In this document: in pieces, positions 34,618 through 45,500 of the stretch
Layout: every line of letters begins with the position of its first letter
How positions within the stretch are numbered: position 1 is the first letter of the stretch
Source: Prasinococcaceae sp. CCMP 1430
Lineage: Eukaryota; Plantae; Prasinodermophyta
Direction of reading: 5' to 3'
Assembly: GCA_013416795.1 (NCBI GenBank)
Contig: RQSC01000027.1
Span: 333,911 to 397,910, forward strand
DNA: 64,000 nucleotides
Made by a program: the position numbers and the translations under genes
The notes under the pieces: model-generated
Database searches by the model: none
What the model was told of the DNA's origin: nothing
The model's input: only the letters and a program-made list of their open reading frames with translations

Positions 34618-35931
34618 TCACAGCGGCAGCAGCCTCGAGACGTTCGAGATCTGCAACTCTTGCAGCTGTGTCGACCACTTGGCCATCGCCTCGTATTTGC
34701 GCGCGGCGTCCTCGCTGCCCTTTGCCTCGAGCACGAGCAATTGGTTGACCTGGTCCACGTGGCCGGCCACCTTGCCATCCAGCACCACGCTCACGAGCAG
34801 CTCTTCCACGTCCGCCTCGGGCACGTTGAGCTCCTTGGAGATGTGCGGGATGCGAATGCGCGTGTAGGGTTTGATGAGCTTGAGCAGCGCCTGTGTGCGC
34901 ACGTTTTTCAGCAGGTCGCCCACGTAGGCTTCCACGAAGGGGTCGCCCATGATGGCCTCCCTGTGCGTGCGCAGCACCGCCTCAAACTCGAAGATCTCGT
35001 TGCGCTGGTACGCCTGGACGAGATTGGTCATCGCGAGCACCTCCGGGTCGTTGCGATAGGGCCGCGCCTCCTGCGAGTCGAAGGGGTTGACCTGCGACTC
35101 CATGAGCATGTTGCACATGACCAGGTACTTGAGGCACTGGACACGTCGCTGCACGCCCGCCTCATCATAGCTCTTGAATGCCTCGAAGAAGTCCGTCGCC
35201 GCTGCCTCCCACTGGCGCTCCGCCAGGTGCATCTTGCCGCCGCACTCGCGGATGATGCCCATGATCTTGGGGTGTGCGATGGCGCTCTTGATCGTGAGCG
35301 CGCGCTGGTACAGTTGCTTGAGGCGCTTGTTGTCCTTGTTCTCCGTGTACATCTGAATCTCGATCGCGTACACCTCGAGAAGCTGCGTGCCCTTCTTCTG
35401 GTCGTCGCTGCCATCCTCGCACTGGCAGCTCTTGTGCAGCTCCTTGAGGATCTTGCCCATGCGCGCGAAGTCCTTGCGGCCGAAGTGGAGCGAGCAGAGC
35501 TTCAGGTTTGTCTTGAACCACAACCGCTCGTTCTTGGCCTCCTCAAGGGCGCGCAGCGTGGTCTCGAAGAAAGTCTGGAGGAACTCGGCGTTGTCCGCGC
35601 CGCTCACGTAGTCGAGCATCTTGGTGATGCTCTTCTCGCTGTAGTTGCGCGTGACGGCGCTCTTCATGTACGTGAGCAGCTCCTTGTACTTGTCCATGAG
35701 CGCGGCGTACCTCCCCAGCCTGTATAGACACTTGATGCTCTGCTTCAGCGCGCGGAAGCCCCACTCGCCCTTCTCCTCCTCCATTTCAACCACCTCGGCG
35801 AAGCCGTCGAGGGCCTCCGACGCATCGTTCTCCAGCGCGGCCTTCGCATTGTAGTAGCAGTTCTGCAGGTCGACCTCCTCCTCCTCCTCCTCGTCGGAGT
35901 ACTCGAAGCCATAGTCCTCCAGGTCGGACAT
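34618..35931 (-). CDS. CSN2: COP9 signalosome subunit 2
   Basis: [81 protein letters not shown]; PCI domain. Confidence 0.98.
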   Translation of the reverse strand: MSDLEDYGFEYSDEEEEEEVDLQNCYYNAKAALENDASEALDGFAEVVEMEEEKGEWGFRALKQSIKCLYRLGRYAALMDKYKELLTYMKSAVTRNYSEKSITKMLDYVSGADNAEFLQTFFETTLRALEEAKNERLWFKTNLKLCSLHFGRKDFARMGKILKELHKSCQCEDGSDDQKKGTQLLEVYAIEIQMYTENKDNKRLKQLYQRALTIKSAIAHPKIMGIIRECGGKMHLAERQWEAAATDFFEAFKSYDEAGVQRRVQCLKYLVMCNMLMESQVNPFDSQEARPYRNDPEVLAMTNLVQAYQRNEIFEFEAVLRTHREAIMGDPFVEAYVGDLLKNVRTQALLKLIKPYTRIRIPHISKELNVPEADVEELLVSVVLDGKVAGHVDQVNQLLVLEAKGSEDAARKYEAMAKWSTQLQELQISNVSRLLPL

Positions 35932-36194
35932 CGCGCACGCGCGCGGCCAGAGCGCTGCGCGCGCGGCCAGAGCGCTACGCGCGCGGCCCCCTTGACCGGC
36001 AGACCACCGACGCACTCGCCCCTGCTTCCCCTCTGCCTCGGTCGCCGCCAGCCAGCCCGCGCACTCGCGCGGGGCGCACTCGCGCGGGGCGCACGCGCTG
36101 TGCCTGCGTAGCACGGGTGGCGCCAACACCTGGGGCGAAAAAAAAAAATTGCTCCCGTGGTGGAAACACATACTGTAGCAGCGAGGGAAGGAGA

Positions 36195-36231
<37 letters not shown>

Positions 36232-36386
36232 AGGGCGTGCACGCGGCGCGGGCCGCGCCTCGGCAGAATCCGCGAGGCCACGCGCATGAGCGGATCAGCG
36301 GGGTGAGGCGGGGCGCTTTCGGAGGCCGTCTCGGTCCTCGGAAGGGCTCGAAGAGAGGGGAGGGGAGGGGGGAAGTCGTCGCCAGC

Positions 36387-37142
36387 ATGGGGCCGGCGCC
36401 AGCGGAGCAGGGCGCGGCGCTGATGAAGGCGCAGCTCGAGAGGGAGCTCGTAGGGGTGTCACGCGCGCTCAGGGCCACAGAGACGTTGATAGCTGTTGGT
36501 GATGGCGACACTGCGGCACGCATTAGGCTCGCGGCTGATAGAGTCGCTGCCTCGCGCGAATCGGAGCTGTTCTGGGCGAGCTGCGAAGCTGCTGCGGGCC
36601 CTGCGCCAGCACACAAGGCGTCGGTGGCTGAGAAGGCGCCGATCCGGCAGGCCCGCAATGAGTCTGGCGCCCCCGTCAACAGCGTCGCGGCCCCTGCAAC
36701 CGCATTGGCGCCCGCGCCAGCGCCCTTGCCAGCGCTGGCGCCGGCGCCGGCGCCGGCACCCACACCGCCACCTGCTGCAGAGGCTGCGGCGGGCGCATGT
36801 GGCGCTGATGATCTGGCGTCTGTGCTCGACGCCGCGTCGTTTGTCCCGCTCGCAAGCGTCGTCAAGAGTAGGCCTATGAGCGCCGCGAGGCGACCTCGCC
36901 GCAAGCAGACGCCTGCGGCGGCAGCTACTCCGCCGGGGGTCGTGTCGGCAGCCGCATCTGTGCCTGCCGAGCCGGCTTCGCTCGGGCCGCAGCGGCTTGC
37001 TCAGCAGCAAGCTCCGGCTGCATCGCCTCCTAGGCCGGCCGTGCCGCGCGGAAGCTTTGCGATGCCTGGCATGGGCGGCGACGCGCAGAATGAGCTGGCT
37101 GCCATGCTCGCGAAGAGGCGTGCCAAGACACAGGACGATTGA
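36387..37142 (+). CDS. Hypothetical protein: N-terminal helical region, Ala/Pro-rich linker, C-terminal ELAAMLAKRRAK motif
   Basis: ATG in GCCAGCATGG context; host-like codon use. Confidence 0.6.
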   Translation: MGPAPAEQGAALMKAQLERELVGVSRALRATETLIAVGDGDTAARIRLAADRVAASRESELFWASCEAAAGPAPAHKASVAEKAPIRQARNESGAPVNSVAAPATALAPAPAPLPALAPAPAPAPTPPPAAEAAAGACGADDLASVLDAASFVPLASVVKSRPMSAARRPRRKQTPAAAATPPGVVSAAASVPAEPASLGPQRLAQQQAPAASPPRPAVPRGSFAMPGMGGDAQNELAAMLAKRRAKTQDD

Positions 37143-37291
37143 GATCTGGAGCTGCGCACGCGCTCGCCCGACTCCCAACCTCGCATGTAGAGTATCCGCA
37201 ATAATTACATGACCAAAGTGGCGCGCTAGAGCCTTGAGTGGTCGCCAGCACCAGCGCCTCGACAACGGAATGTGCGCCGAGAGCAGGGAGC

Positions 37292-37674
37292 CTACACATC
37301 CATGACTTTGCCCCACAGGTTGAAGCTCACGACACCGCAGGCGAACATAACAGCGCTGAAGATAACGGACTGCGGCGGCGGGGCGCGTGTCAGCACGCGG
37401 CTGTAGCGTCTCATGATGGCCACCGCGGCTGTCGCTGTGATGGCTGTGACGGCTCGGGCAGCGGCTGTGGCGTCGGCACAACAAGGCCGCCTGCTGTGCC
37501 TGGCGCTACCTAGGGCGAAATCCGCGCGCTGTGCGCGCTGCGCGCCGCATGCTGCCGCGCGCCGCGCGGCATGCCGCGCACGCGCACCGAGTGCTCCTGG
37601 CGACCCTCCTTGGTGCTCACCGCCTGGAACATCGCCGCCGCCGTGTCCCTCGCCGTGCTGAAGGCGGCGCCCAT
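37292..37674 (-). CDS. TOM5: Mitochondrial import receptor subunit TOM5 (54 aa); exons 37674-37588 and 37369-37292
   Basis: Spliced MGAAFSTARDTAAAMFQAVSTKEGRQEHSSVIFSAVMFACGVVSFNLWGKVMDV. The C-terminus MFACGVV...WGKVMDV resembles plant TOM5 MFAGGVV...YGDLMGV, with similar length. Phase-0 GTGCGC..GCAG intron. Confidence 0.75.
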
Positions 37675-37940
37675 GGCTACGGCCGCCTCTGCGCGCGCGT
37701 GTGCTCTGGCACACCGCGCGCGCAGCCGCCCCGGGCGCACAGGTCAATTCGCATGCGCATGCGCAATGACGAAGACCATCCCACAGGTGTTTTCATCCAC
37801 GTTTGTCCAGGACGTGCATCAGGGAACTGCGCGGGCGCGCAGGCGCACGAGCCAGATGTGCGTGTGATGGAATGGCATGATTACAAGTTTATACGATGCG
37901 CGCCGAGCGCGCGCGGGTTTGTCGCCCCCTGCCCTCGGCC

Positions 37941-39626
37941 TCACGACACGACGAGGCCCGCAGGCCCTGTGGTGGTGCTCGTGGCAAGTGGCTTGAAGCC
38001 TAGCTCCTGCACAGGCACGCCGTACTCGGAGAGCTTTCCCTCGTACACGCTGATGACGTCGTTGTGACGCTTCGCGATCTTGGCGACGTCGTACTGCAGA
38101 GAGCGAATGAGCGCGTTCTTCGACTCGAGCACCTCGTCCAGCTTGCGCGAGATCGACTCCATGGCCTGAGGGTCCAGGTTAGACGCCTGCAGCACCTCGC
38201 CGAGCTGCGCCTCTTTCTTCTCGAGCGCGTCCGACATGGCCTCGATCTTGCGCTCCAGCATGAGGTTCTTGAGGCCGCTCTTCTGCTGCACGTCGTATAT
38301 GGACGACTCAAAGCGCTTGTAAAGCTCGTCGCGCTCGGCGGTTGTCTGCGCACTCTTCTGCACGAGCACTTCGTAATCCCACTCGAGGTTCTTCAGCTGC
38401 TTCTCCGTGTCCACCAGTCTGGCCTTGGTCTGCGACAGCGAGATCTTGTCCTTCTCGTAGTGCTGTAGGCTCGTGCGCAGCGTCTCGTTCTCCTTGAGCG
38501 CCTTGACGAGCGGCTCGGAGAGGCGCTTGTTCTCCTGCGCGATTTCGTACATGAGCTTCTCGTTTGCGCTCTCCTTCTTCTTCATCTCCGCCACCTCCTC
38601 CTTGAGCGTTTTTATGAGGTCGAGATTGTTGTGCGTCACGTCCTGGTAGTACCCCTTGATTTCCGCGAAGGCCTTTTCGTGGTGCTTCATGAGCTCATTG
38701 ATGTGCGTGTTCTTGCGCTCTTCGACCTCGTGCACTTCCTGCTTGCGGCGGATCTCCAGGTCGTCGCGCAGGAGCTTCATCTTCTTCTCGTACTTCTGCG
38801 CGAGCTCCTTGGCGTTGATCTCGAAGCCTTCGCGCAGCTTGGTGATCTCCTTGGCGTGCTCCAGTTTGAGCTGGCGCACGACGTCTTCGTGCGCCAATTC
38901 GCTCTCCTTGATTTCGAGCTTGAGGCTGCGCTTGTCCTGCTGCAGCGACGTTGCCTCCTTGGCGCTCTCGTCGTGCTTCAGCTTGAGCGCCATCTCTCCG
39001 TCCGCCTTGAGCGTCGTGATCTTGTGTTGGTGCTCATAGAGCAGGTGTTTCACCTTCTGCTTGTACACCTTGATCTCTACCTGGTGGCGCTCCTCCATCT
39101 CCTCCATCTCGCGGTCCTTGTTGCGCATCTCAGCCTTCTTGTCATCGAGCTCCTTCTTGGTAATTTCCCAGAAGGCGCTGATCTTGTCGCGCTCGAGTTG
39201 CATGTAGTTGCGGCTCTCCTCCTCGCGACTCTTCTCCTTCTCTAGCTCGACTATCTTCGTCTGGAGCTCCTCTGTGGACACGCCAGTCTCCTCCTCGGCG
39301 ACAGGCGCCGGCGCAGGGGCATCCTGGGAGCGAGTGCGGTGTAGGCACGGGAGAGGGATGGGGAGGCGGCAAAAAAGTGGAGGCCCGCACAGCAGCCGCG
39401 TCAGGGCCAGCGCAACTTCCGAGTGGCTCGAACGCACGGGGTCGCACTTGGCTCGCCCACGCCGTTTTTGCTTCAGGCGTCGCGAGCGGCGGGCCGTACC
39501 AACACTCGCGCAGCGTATGCAAGGAGCGGCGGTGTGCGGGCGCTGCGCTGACGGCGCGCGGCGTGCTTCTGCACGCACCTCCTCCTTCTTCTTCTTTTTG
39601 GCATCTTTCTTCTTCTTGGGAGGCAT
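37941..39626 (-). CDS. GAS8: Dynein regulatory complex subunit 4 (GAS8/DRC4/PF2); intron 39578-39324
   Basis: MPPKKKK..., EEESRNYMQLERDKISAFWEITK, HQVEIKVYKQKVKHLLYEH, HEKAFAEIKGYYQDVTHNNLDLIKTLKE, VQQKSGLKNLMLERK. Confidence 0.96.
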   Translation of the reverse strand: MPPKKKKDAKKKKKEEVRAEARRAPSAQRPHTAAPCIRCASVGTARRSRRLKQKRRGRAKCDPVRSSHSEVALALTRLLCGPPLFCRLPIPLPCLHRTRSQDAPAPAPVAEEETGVSTEELQTKIVELEKEKSREEESRNYMQLERDKISAFWEITKKELDDKKAEMRNKDREMEEMEERHQVEIKVYKQKVKHLLYEHQHKITTLKADGEMALKLKHDESAKEATSLQQDKRSLKLEIKESELAHEDVVRQLKLEHAKEITKLREGFEINAKELAQKYEKKMKLLRDDLEIRRKQEVHEVEERKNTHINELMKHHEKAFAEIKGYYQDVTHNNLDLIKTLKEEVAEMKKKESANEKLMYEIAQENKRLSEPLVKALKENETLRTSLQHYEKDKISLSQTKARLVDTEKQLKNLEWDYEVLVQKSAQTTAERDELYKRFESSIYDVQQKSGLKNLMLERKIEAMSDALEKKEAQLGEVLQASNLDPQAMESISRKLDEVLESKNALIRSLQYDVAKIAKRHNDVISVYEGKLSEYGVPVQELGFKPLATSTTTGPAGLVVS

Positions 39627-41103
39627 GACTGCGGACGGGGGGGAGGTGGGAAGTCAGGCGACCCTGGAAGCGCGCGAGAGAAGGGGAACGAGGTGGACGC
39701 GAGTGCGCTCGTCAACGTCGAGCCTTGACTTTTGTTTTTGACGGCGCCAACCGCTGCGCCGGCGCTGGCCGCAGGGCCGGCGCGGACCGCAGCTGCGTCG
39801 CGGCCAGTGGCTCGCAAGGCCGCGCGACGCACCTCCTCCTGTCCTCCTTACCGCGGGAGGCGCTATGGAGTAGGGTGAGGAGGGCCTGGGGCCAGCGGCG
39901 CCGCAGCCGCGCACCCTCTGGCGCCGCGCCCAACCCTGCCCGCCCCGGCCCGCGCCAAACTCGCCCCGCCCGCCCCACCAGCGCCTGCGAAGGAACCAAC
40001 AACGGAGATGGAACCCACCCCAGCGTATGCGTGTGGATTCCACAACGTCTGCGGTGGGGTCTTTAGGATTTCATTGAGTTCAGTAGCTCGAGATGGATTC
40101 GCTCATTTATGTGGGATTTCGGATCTGAATTCCGTTCCCCCAGTCAGCCGGCGCGCGCGCTCGTTCGGGCGCGCCGCCGCTGTCGCACCGGTCGCGCGGC
40201 GCGGCGGCGCGGCGCGGCGCGCACGTCCCGAGAGAGCACCGCGAGATCGCGGAAGGGCCCATCTGTCTGTGGATCCACAACGGGATCGCAGAACCCGGTT
40301 AAACCCTACACTAATTAATCCGTGCACAGTGCACCCTGTGGAGTTCCCCGAGCGCGCTCGTGCGCAGGGCTGCTGACCGGCGGGCGGCCTGCAATCTGAT
40401 GGTGTGATCGCCGCGCAGTCGTTCCCGTGAGTTGCCCCGCATTCGAAACGCGGCGCGGTGCGGTGCGCGGGCGTGCGCGGCGGCGCCATCGCGGAGAAGG
40501 GGGAACAGGGGGGAGGGGGCGATGCGGCGGATGGGCTCGCGCGCAGCGCACGCGCGGTGCCGACACCCGGCGGTGTGGCCCCCCTCTCTCCCGCTCCCGC
40601 TCCCGCTCCCGCTCCCGCTCCCGCTACCGCTCCCGCGCGCGCGCTTCCCGCCAAAAAATCTCCCCCGCGAACGGCCGTGGTATCGCCCCGTTCCGCCCCC
40701 GCCCGCGCCGCCTTTTTTATTTTGATTTTTCATTTTCGACACACACTTTTTTTTTTGCTGCGCGCACCGGCCCGGGTCGGCCCTTGCCAGACCGGGTGAA
40801 CGCCTCGGGAGATCTCGGTCTGTCACGATAGACCGGGGTGAGTCGCTGGGACCGAGCCTCCGGGTCGCTGCTGAGCTGGGCGCGCGCGTGGCGCCCCGCG
40901 CCCGCGCCCGCGCCCGTCCCGCGGAACGCGGCCGAAATGCCGCGCTCACCGTTCAAACGGCGCGAAAGGCAATGCTTTCGAACCGCGCTTCGCGAGGTTA
41001 GCGCCGTTCCCACGGCGATGAAATTGGCGCGTCGCGTCAAGTCCGTCAGACGCATGCACAGTAGGGTTTCTAAAATTGGGAAACCGTAGGTCATTTTGCA
41101 TTA

Positions 41104-41597
41104 CAGAGGTCAACAAAAAAATCGTACGCCTCGCCAGGCGGATTTGCGCCCGCCTAAAAATCGTTCCAGCGCGCGCCGCTTCGCCAGGGCGCCCAGTTTT
41201 ACCCGCGCTACTCATAGAGACTTTCCGCACCCCCGCCGCTGCAGCGAGGCGCCATCGGCGAGGGGGGGCCAAAATTCAGCCATGTTCGGGTTTCGGGACT
41301 TTTTTTCAATGGCATTTGATGTACAGTGAGCGCCGGGCCGCTTCCGGCGCCCAGATCCGAAGGAGCGCCTGTCGAGGCATTTAGATCAGAATCTTTATTT
41401 CGCATTTTACGCGTGCATTTTTGATTTTTGCCCCCCCCCTCGCCGACGGCGCCTCGCTGCACCTGCGGGGGTGCGGAAAGTTTCTATGAGTAGCCTGGGT
41501 AAAACTGGGCGCCTTGGCCAAGCGGCGCGCGCTGGAACGATTTTTAGGCGGGCGTAAATCCGCCTGGCGATGCAGACGATTTTAAAGTTGACCTCTG
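41104..41597. mobile_element. Non-autonomous foldback MITE, Tc1/mariner-like (TA target-site duplication), 494 bp
   Basis: TA|CAGAGGTCAAC...GTTGACCTCTG|TA; about 170-bp imperfect inverted arms (41104-~41278 and ~41422-41597); no coding capacity. Confidence 0.8.
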
Positions 41598-42013
41598 TAT
41601 TATGACATACCCGAACTATATTAATCGGATGGATTCCGTTTTTTTTTTAAATGGATTCCATTGATAACAAATATTATCGGTAGTAACACGTAATATCTGC
41701 TTTTGCATCACACTCACGATACAAAGGGTTTGTGGATACCGCACACGTTGGGGTTCCAAAAGAGTGGTTCCACGCCCCGTCAACCCGAACCGCGCGGGCG
41801 CCGCCGGGGCAACCGTAACCACTGTGCGTGCGGAATCCATGTCGACGGAACCCGTATTTGTACGATTGTCATGCAGCATCCACAGACCCGCGTACTACGT
41901 TTTATATAAGCTGTCCTGTAGTTTACATGTAAACCTGAAGTATTTTCCCATATTGGATTCTGTATAAAATAGAAATGGAGTCCATTTTATGAATGAATTT
42001 ACGGTGACAACAT

Positions 42014-42385
42014 ACGGATATCGGCATCGACGTCGCCTCGACCGGCGTGCAGGTCCATGGCGGCATGGGCTTCATCGAGGAAACCGGTGCTGCGCGCCTT
42101 TACCGCGACGCCCTCATCGCCCCGATCTATGAAGGCACCAACGGCATCCAGGCCGCCGATCTGGTCGGCCGCAAGCTGAGCATGGACAATGGCGGCACGC
42201 TGCTCGGCCTGATCGGGCAGATGCGCGGAGACGCCGAGGATACCGGCCTCGTCAACCTGATCGACGCCTGCGAGCAGGTCGCGCGCAACCTGCTGTCAAG
42301 CGAGGCGGATGACCGGCTGGCGGCGAGCTATCCGTTCCTGACGATGCTCTCAACCGCCGTGTGCGGCTGGCTGATGGAAGCGAGC
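42014..42385 (+). pseudogene. Internal fragment of a bacterial-type acyl-CoA dehydrogenase (alphaproteobacterial-looking); HGT relic or chimeric assembly
   Basis: TDIGIDVASTGVQVHGGMGFIEETGAARLYRDALIAPIYEGTNGIQAADLVGRKL...YPFLTMLSTAVCGWLM; in-frame stop at 42005 upstream; no start and no native end. Confidence 0.8.
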
Positions 42386-42518
42386 GGGCGCGCGGCGGCG
42401 CGCAGCGGGGTGTGCCAGAGCGCGGACGCTTGGGGCAGGGCGGGCACGCGGCCCTGCAGGGGGGCGGACGGACGGAGGGGCGGGGGAGGCGCGCGCCTCA
42501 CACCGCGCCGCGGCGGCT

Positions 42519-45500
42519 ATGTTCGTGTACCTGAGCAAGAAGATTGCCATCCCCAACCAGTGCCAGCTCGCGTGCGTCAGCTGGAATGGCGAGGAGGGGT
42601 GGATCGCGTGCGGCGGCAGCGACGGGATGCTCAAGGTGCTCAAGCTCGACCCCGAGCAGCCCGCGCAGGGCGCCGACCGGTGGGCGCCCGTGGCATCCAA
42701 CCTGACGATGAATCAGACGCTCGAGGGCCACCAGGGCTCGGTGTGCGTCGCCGCGTGGAACGACGACCACCAGAAGCTCACCAGCTCGGACGAAAACGGC
42801 CTCATCATCGTGTGGATGCTGCACAAGGGCATGTGGTTCGAGGAGATGATCAACAATCGCAATAAGAGCACGGTGAAGGACATGCAGTGGACCGCCGATG
42901 GATCCAAAATCTGCATCGTGTACGAGGACGGCGCGGTCATAGTTGGCGGCGTCGACGGCGGTCGGCTATGGGGCAAGGAGCTGACCATCAACCTGAGCCT
43001 CGTCGAGTGGAGCCCGGACGGCCGGTCGATCCTCTTCTGCACGCCGCGTGGTGAGTGTTTCATCTACGACGGGAGCGGCAACGTGGTGTCCAAGCTGCCC
43101 ATTCAGGTCGCGGCGGGTGCGAGGGGAAGCACAAACATCGTAGGCATCGACTGGCATGCACGGAAGGCAGGCAGCAACGGGCGCGAGGGCGGCAACGAGG
43201 ACGCGAGCCTCGTGATCGCGCTCGAGAACGGGAGCATGCAATTCATGAGGAACGAGCGCGACGACCAGCCCCTGCTCGTCAACTCACAGATGCGCATCAA
43301 GGCGATCGCGTGGAACCCGCAGGGCACCGTCCTGGCGGTGTGCGGCCGCCTGCCTGCGGAGGGCGGTTCCGACACGCCGATGGTGCACTTCTTCTCGCCG
43401 CTCGGCGAGCACCTGCGCTCGCTGCGCGTGCCAGGCACCGGCGTGACCTCGCTGTCGTGGGACGGTAGCGGCCTCAGGCTGGCGCTGGCGGTCGACTCAT
43501 TCGTGTACTTCACCAACGTGCGGCCCGACTACAAGTGGCAGTATTTCATGAACACGCTCGTGTATGCGTACACCAAGCCCGATCGTTCCGAGCACGCGGT
43601 CATGTTCTGGGACACAAAGACCAACGACCGCTACGTCAAGTACGTGCAACGCCTCAGCGCCATCGAGTCTGCAGGCGACCACTGCGTGCTCGTGGCCGCG
43701 GCGGACGAGCCCGGTCAGTGGCTCCTCATCATGTGCAACGCCATCGGCTCACCATCAGAGTCCAAGTTGGTGGCTATAGAGCCCAAAGTCGTGACGATGA
43801 CCGCGTACCACGTGGTCGTGTCAGACGGCAGCATGGTGTACGTGTGGCAGTATCGCTCGTTGAAGAGCACGCTCACGCAGCTCGAGGCGCCGAACGCCGG
43901 CGGCGGCGGGCGCAAGGGTGGGCGCGAGAGGCTGTTTCACATCAACGAGGGCGTCACAGGAGACTCGGTCGACGTCGTACGCGCGCGACACGCCGCGCGG
44001 GGAAGCGCGGCGCAGGCGACTGATCCCGTCACGGCCATGTGCGGCAGCCGCGAGCTGCTGGTGCTCGCCTTCGCGAGCGGCAACGCGCAGTGCTACGACC
44101 TACCGCAGCTCGGGCTCGGGCCGCGGCACCAGCTCGGGTGCACTGCGCAGCGCATCGCGCTCAATGCCGATGACTCGCGGCTAGCGATGGTCGACACGCA
44201 AGGGACGGCGTACATGTTGAATCGGCGGCCAGTGAAGGGCGGCGTCCAAGGCGATGGAGCTGACCGCATGTACCATTACGATGATCGCTCCGGCGAGCTC
44301 GTCGGCGAGCGCATGGCCTTCGAGAGGCGCGACACGTGGGACATCAAGTGGAGCCGCGACGATCCGGAGCTGCTGGCGCTCATGAGCAAGACGCGCATGT
44401 ACACATTCCGGGGACTCGAGCCCGAGGAGCCCGTGGTGAGCATGGGGCACATCTGTGATTTCAACGATCTACAAATCCGCGCATGCCTGTTGGACGAGGT
44501 CATGAAGAGTGCGTGGCCATGGGCGTGCGCCCGTGCGCTTCGTCGTCGCGGCCCCGCGCGTGAGAGTGTGCGCGCCCGCCCGCACCACGCGCTCGGCCGG
44601 TGCGTGTCGCTGGCTCCCGAAAGCACCCACTGACACGCCCCGAAATTCACGCGCGCCGCTCCCACCCTCTCCTGGCCGGCCTGTGCTGCGGTGTGCGGTG
44701 TGCTTGCGCGCCGCGCAGCTCCTGAGGACCCATCGCGCGACCTCGTCACGTGGTTCGAGACCAAGAGCCTGCGCGACACGCGCGCACTCCTGTCTGACGC
44801 CCCGATGGCAGATGCGTACCAATTCGTCGATGACAACGCGCACCCCAGACTCTGGCGCATCCTGGCCGAGGCCGCGCTGGAGCGCCTCGACTTTGCCATT
44901 GCTGACAAGGCCTTCGTGCGCTGCGGCGACTACCAGGGCATCCAGCTCGTGAAGCGCCTGCAGACACTGGACGACAGCGACAAGCAGCGCGCAGAGGTCG
45001 CGAAACACTTTCAGCGATTCGACGAGGCCGAGCGATTGTACCACGCCATGGACCGCACCGACCTCGCCATTGAGATGCGCATGCAGCTTGGGGACTGGTT
45101 TCGCGTGGAGAAGCTCGTGGCGGCGGGCGGCGGTGATGATACGATGCTGCAAACCACGTGGAACCGCATCGGCGAGTACTACGCCGATCGGCGCAAGTGG
45201 ACCAAGGCGGTCAGCTACTTCGCGCAGGCAAAGAACACGGAGATGCTCATGGAGTGCTTCTGCAGGCTCGACGACTACGCGGGCTTGGAGAAGCTTATCG
45301 AGACGTTGCCCGAGGGCTCATCGCTGCTCAATAGCATCGGCGAGCGCTTTGGGCGCGTGGGCATTGCCGAGCACGCGGTACGGGCGTACCTCAAGGGCGG
45401 GCACGTCAAGGGAGCGGTTGACACGTGCATCTCGCTCAACCAGTGGGATCAGGCGGTGACGCTCGCCGCCGAGCATGACTTTCCGCAGATCGATGGGCTG

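Noticed and set aside
36197-36228. 32-nt poly-G run (G-quadruplex potential)
   Set aside because: Homopolymer length is unreliable and G-runs are common in this genome.
42047-42865. 272-aa ORF as a functional acyl-CoA dehydrogenase gene
   Set aside because: Only about 115 residues are ACAD-like; the rest is an off-frame read through the WDR35 leader and CDS, and the N-terminal domains are absent.
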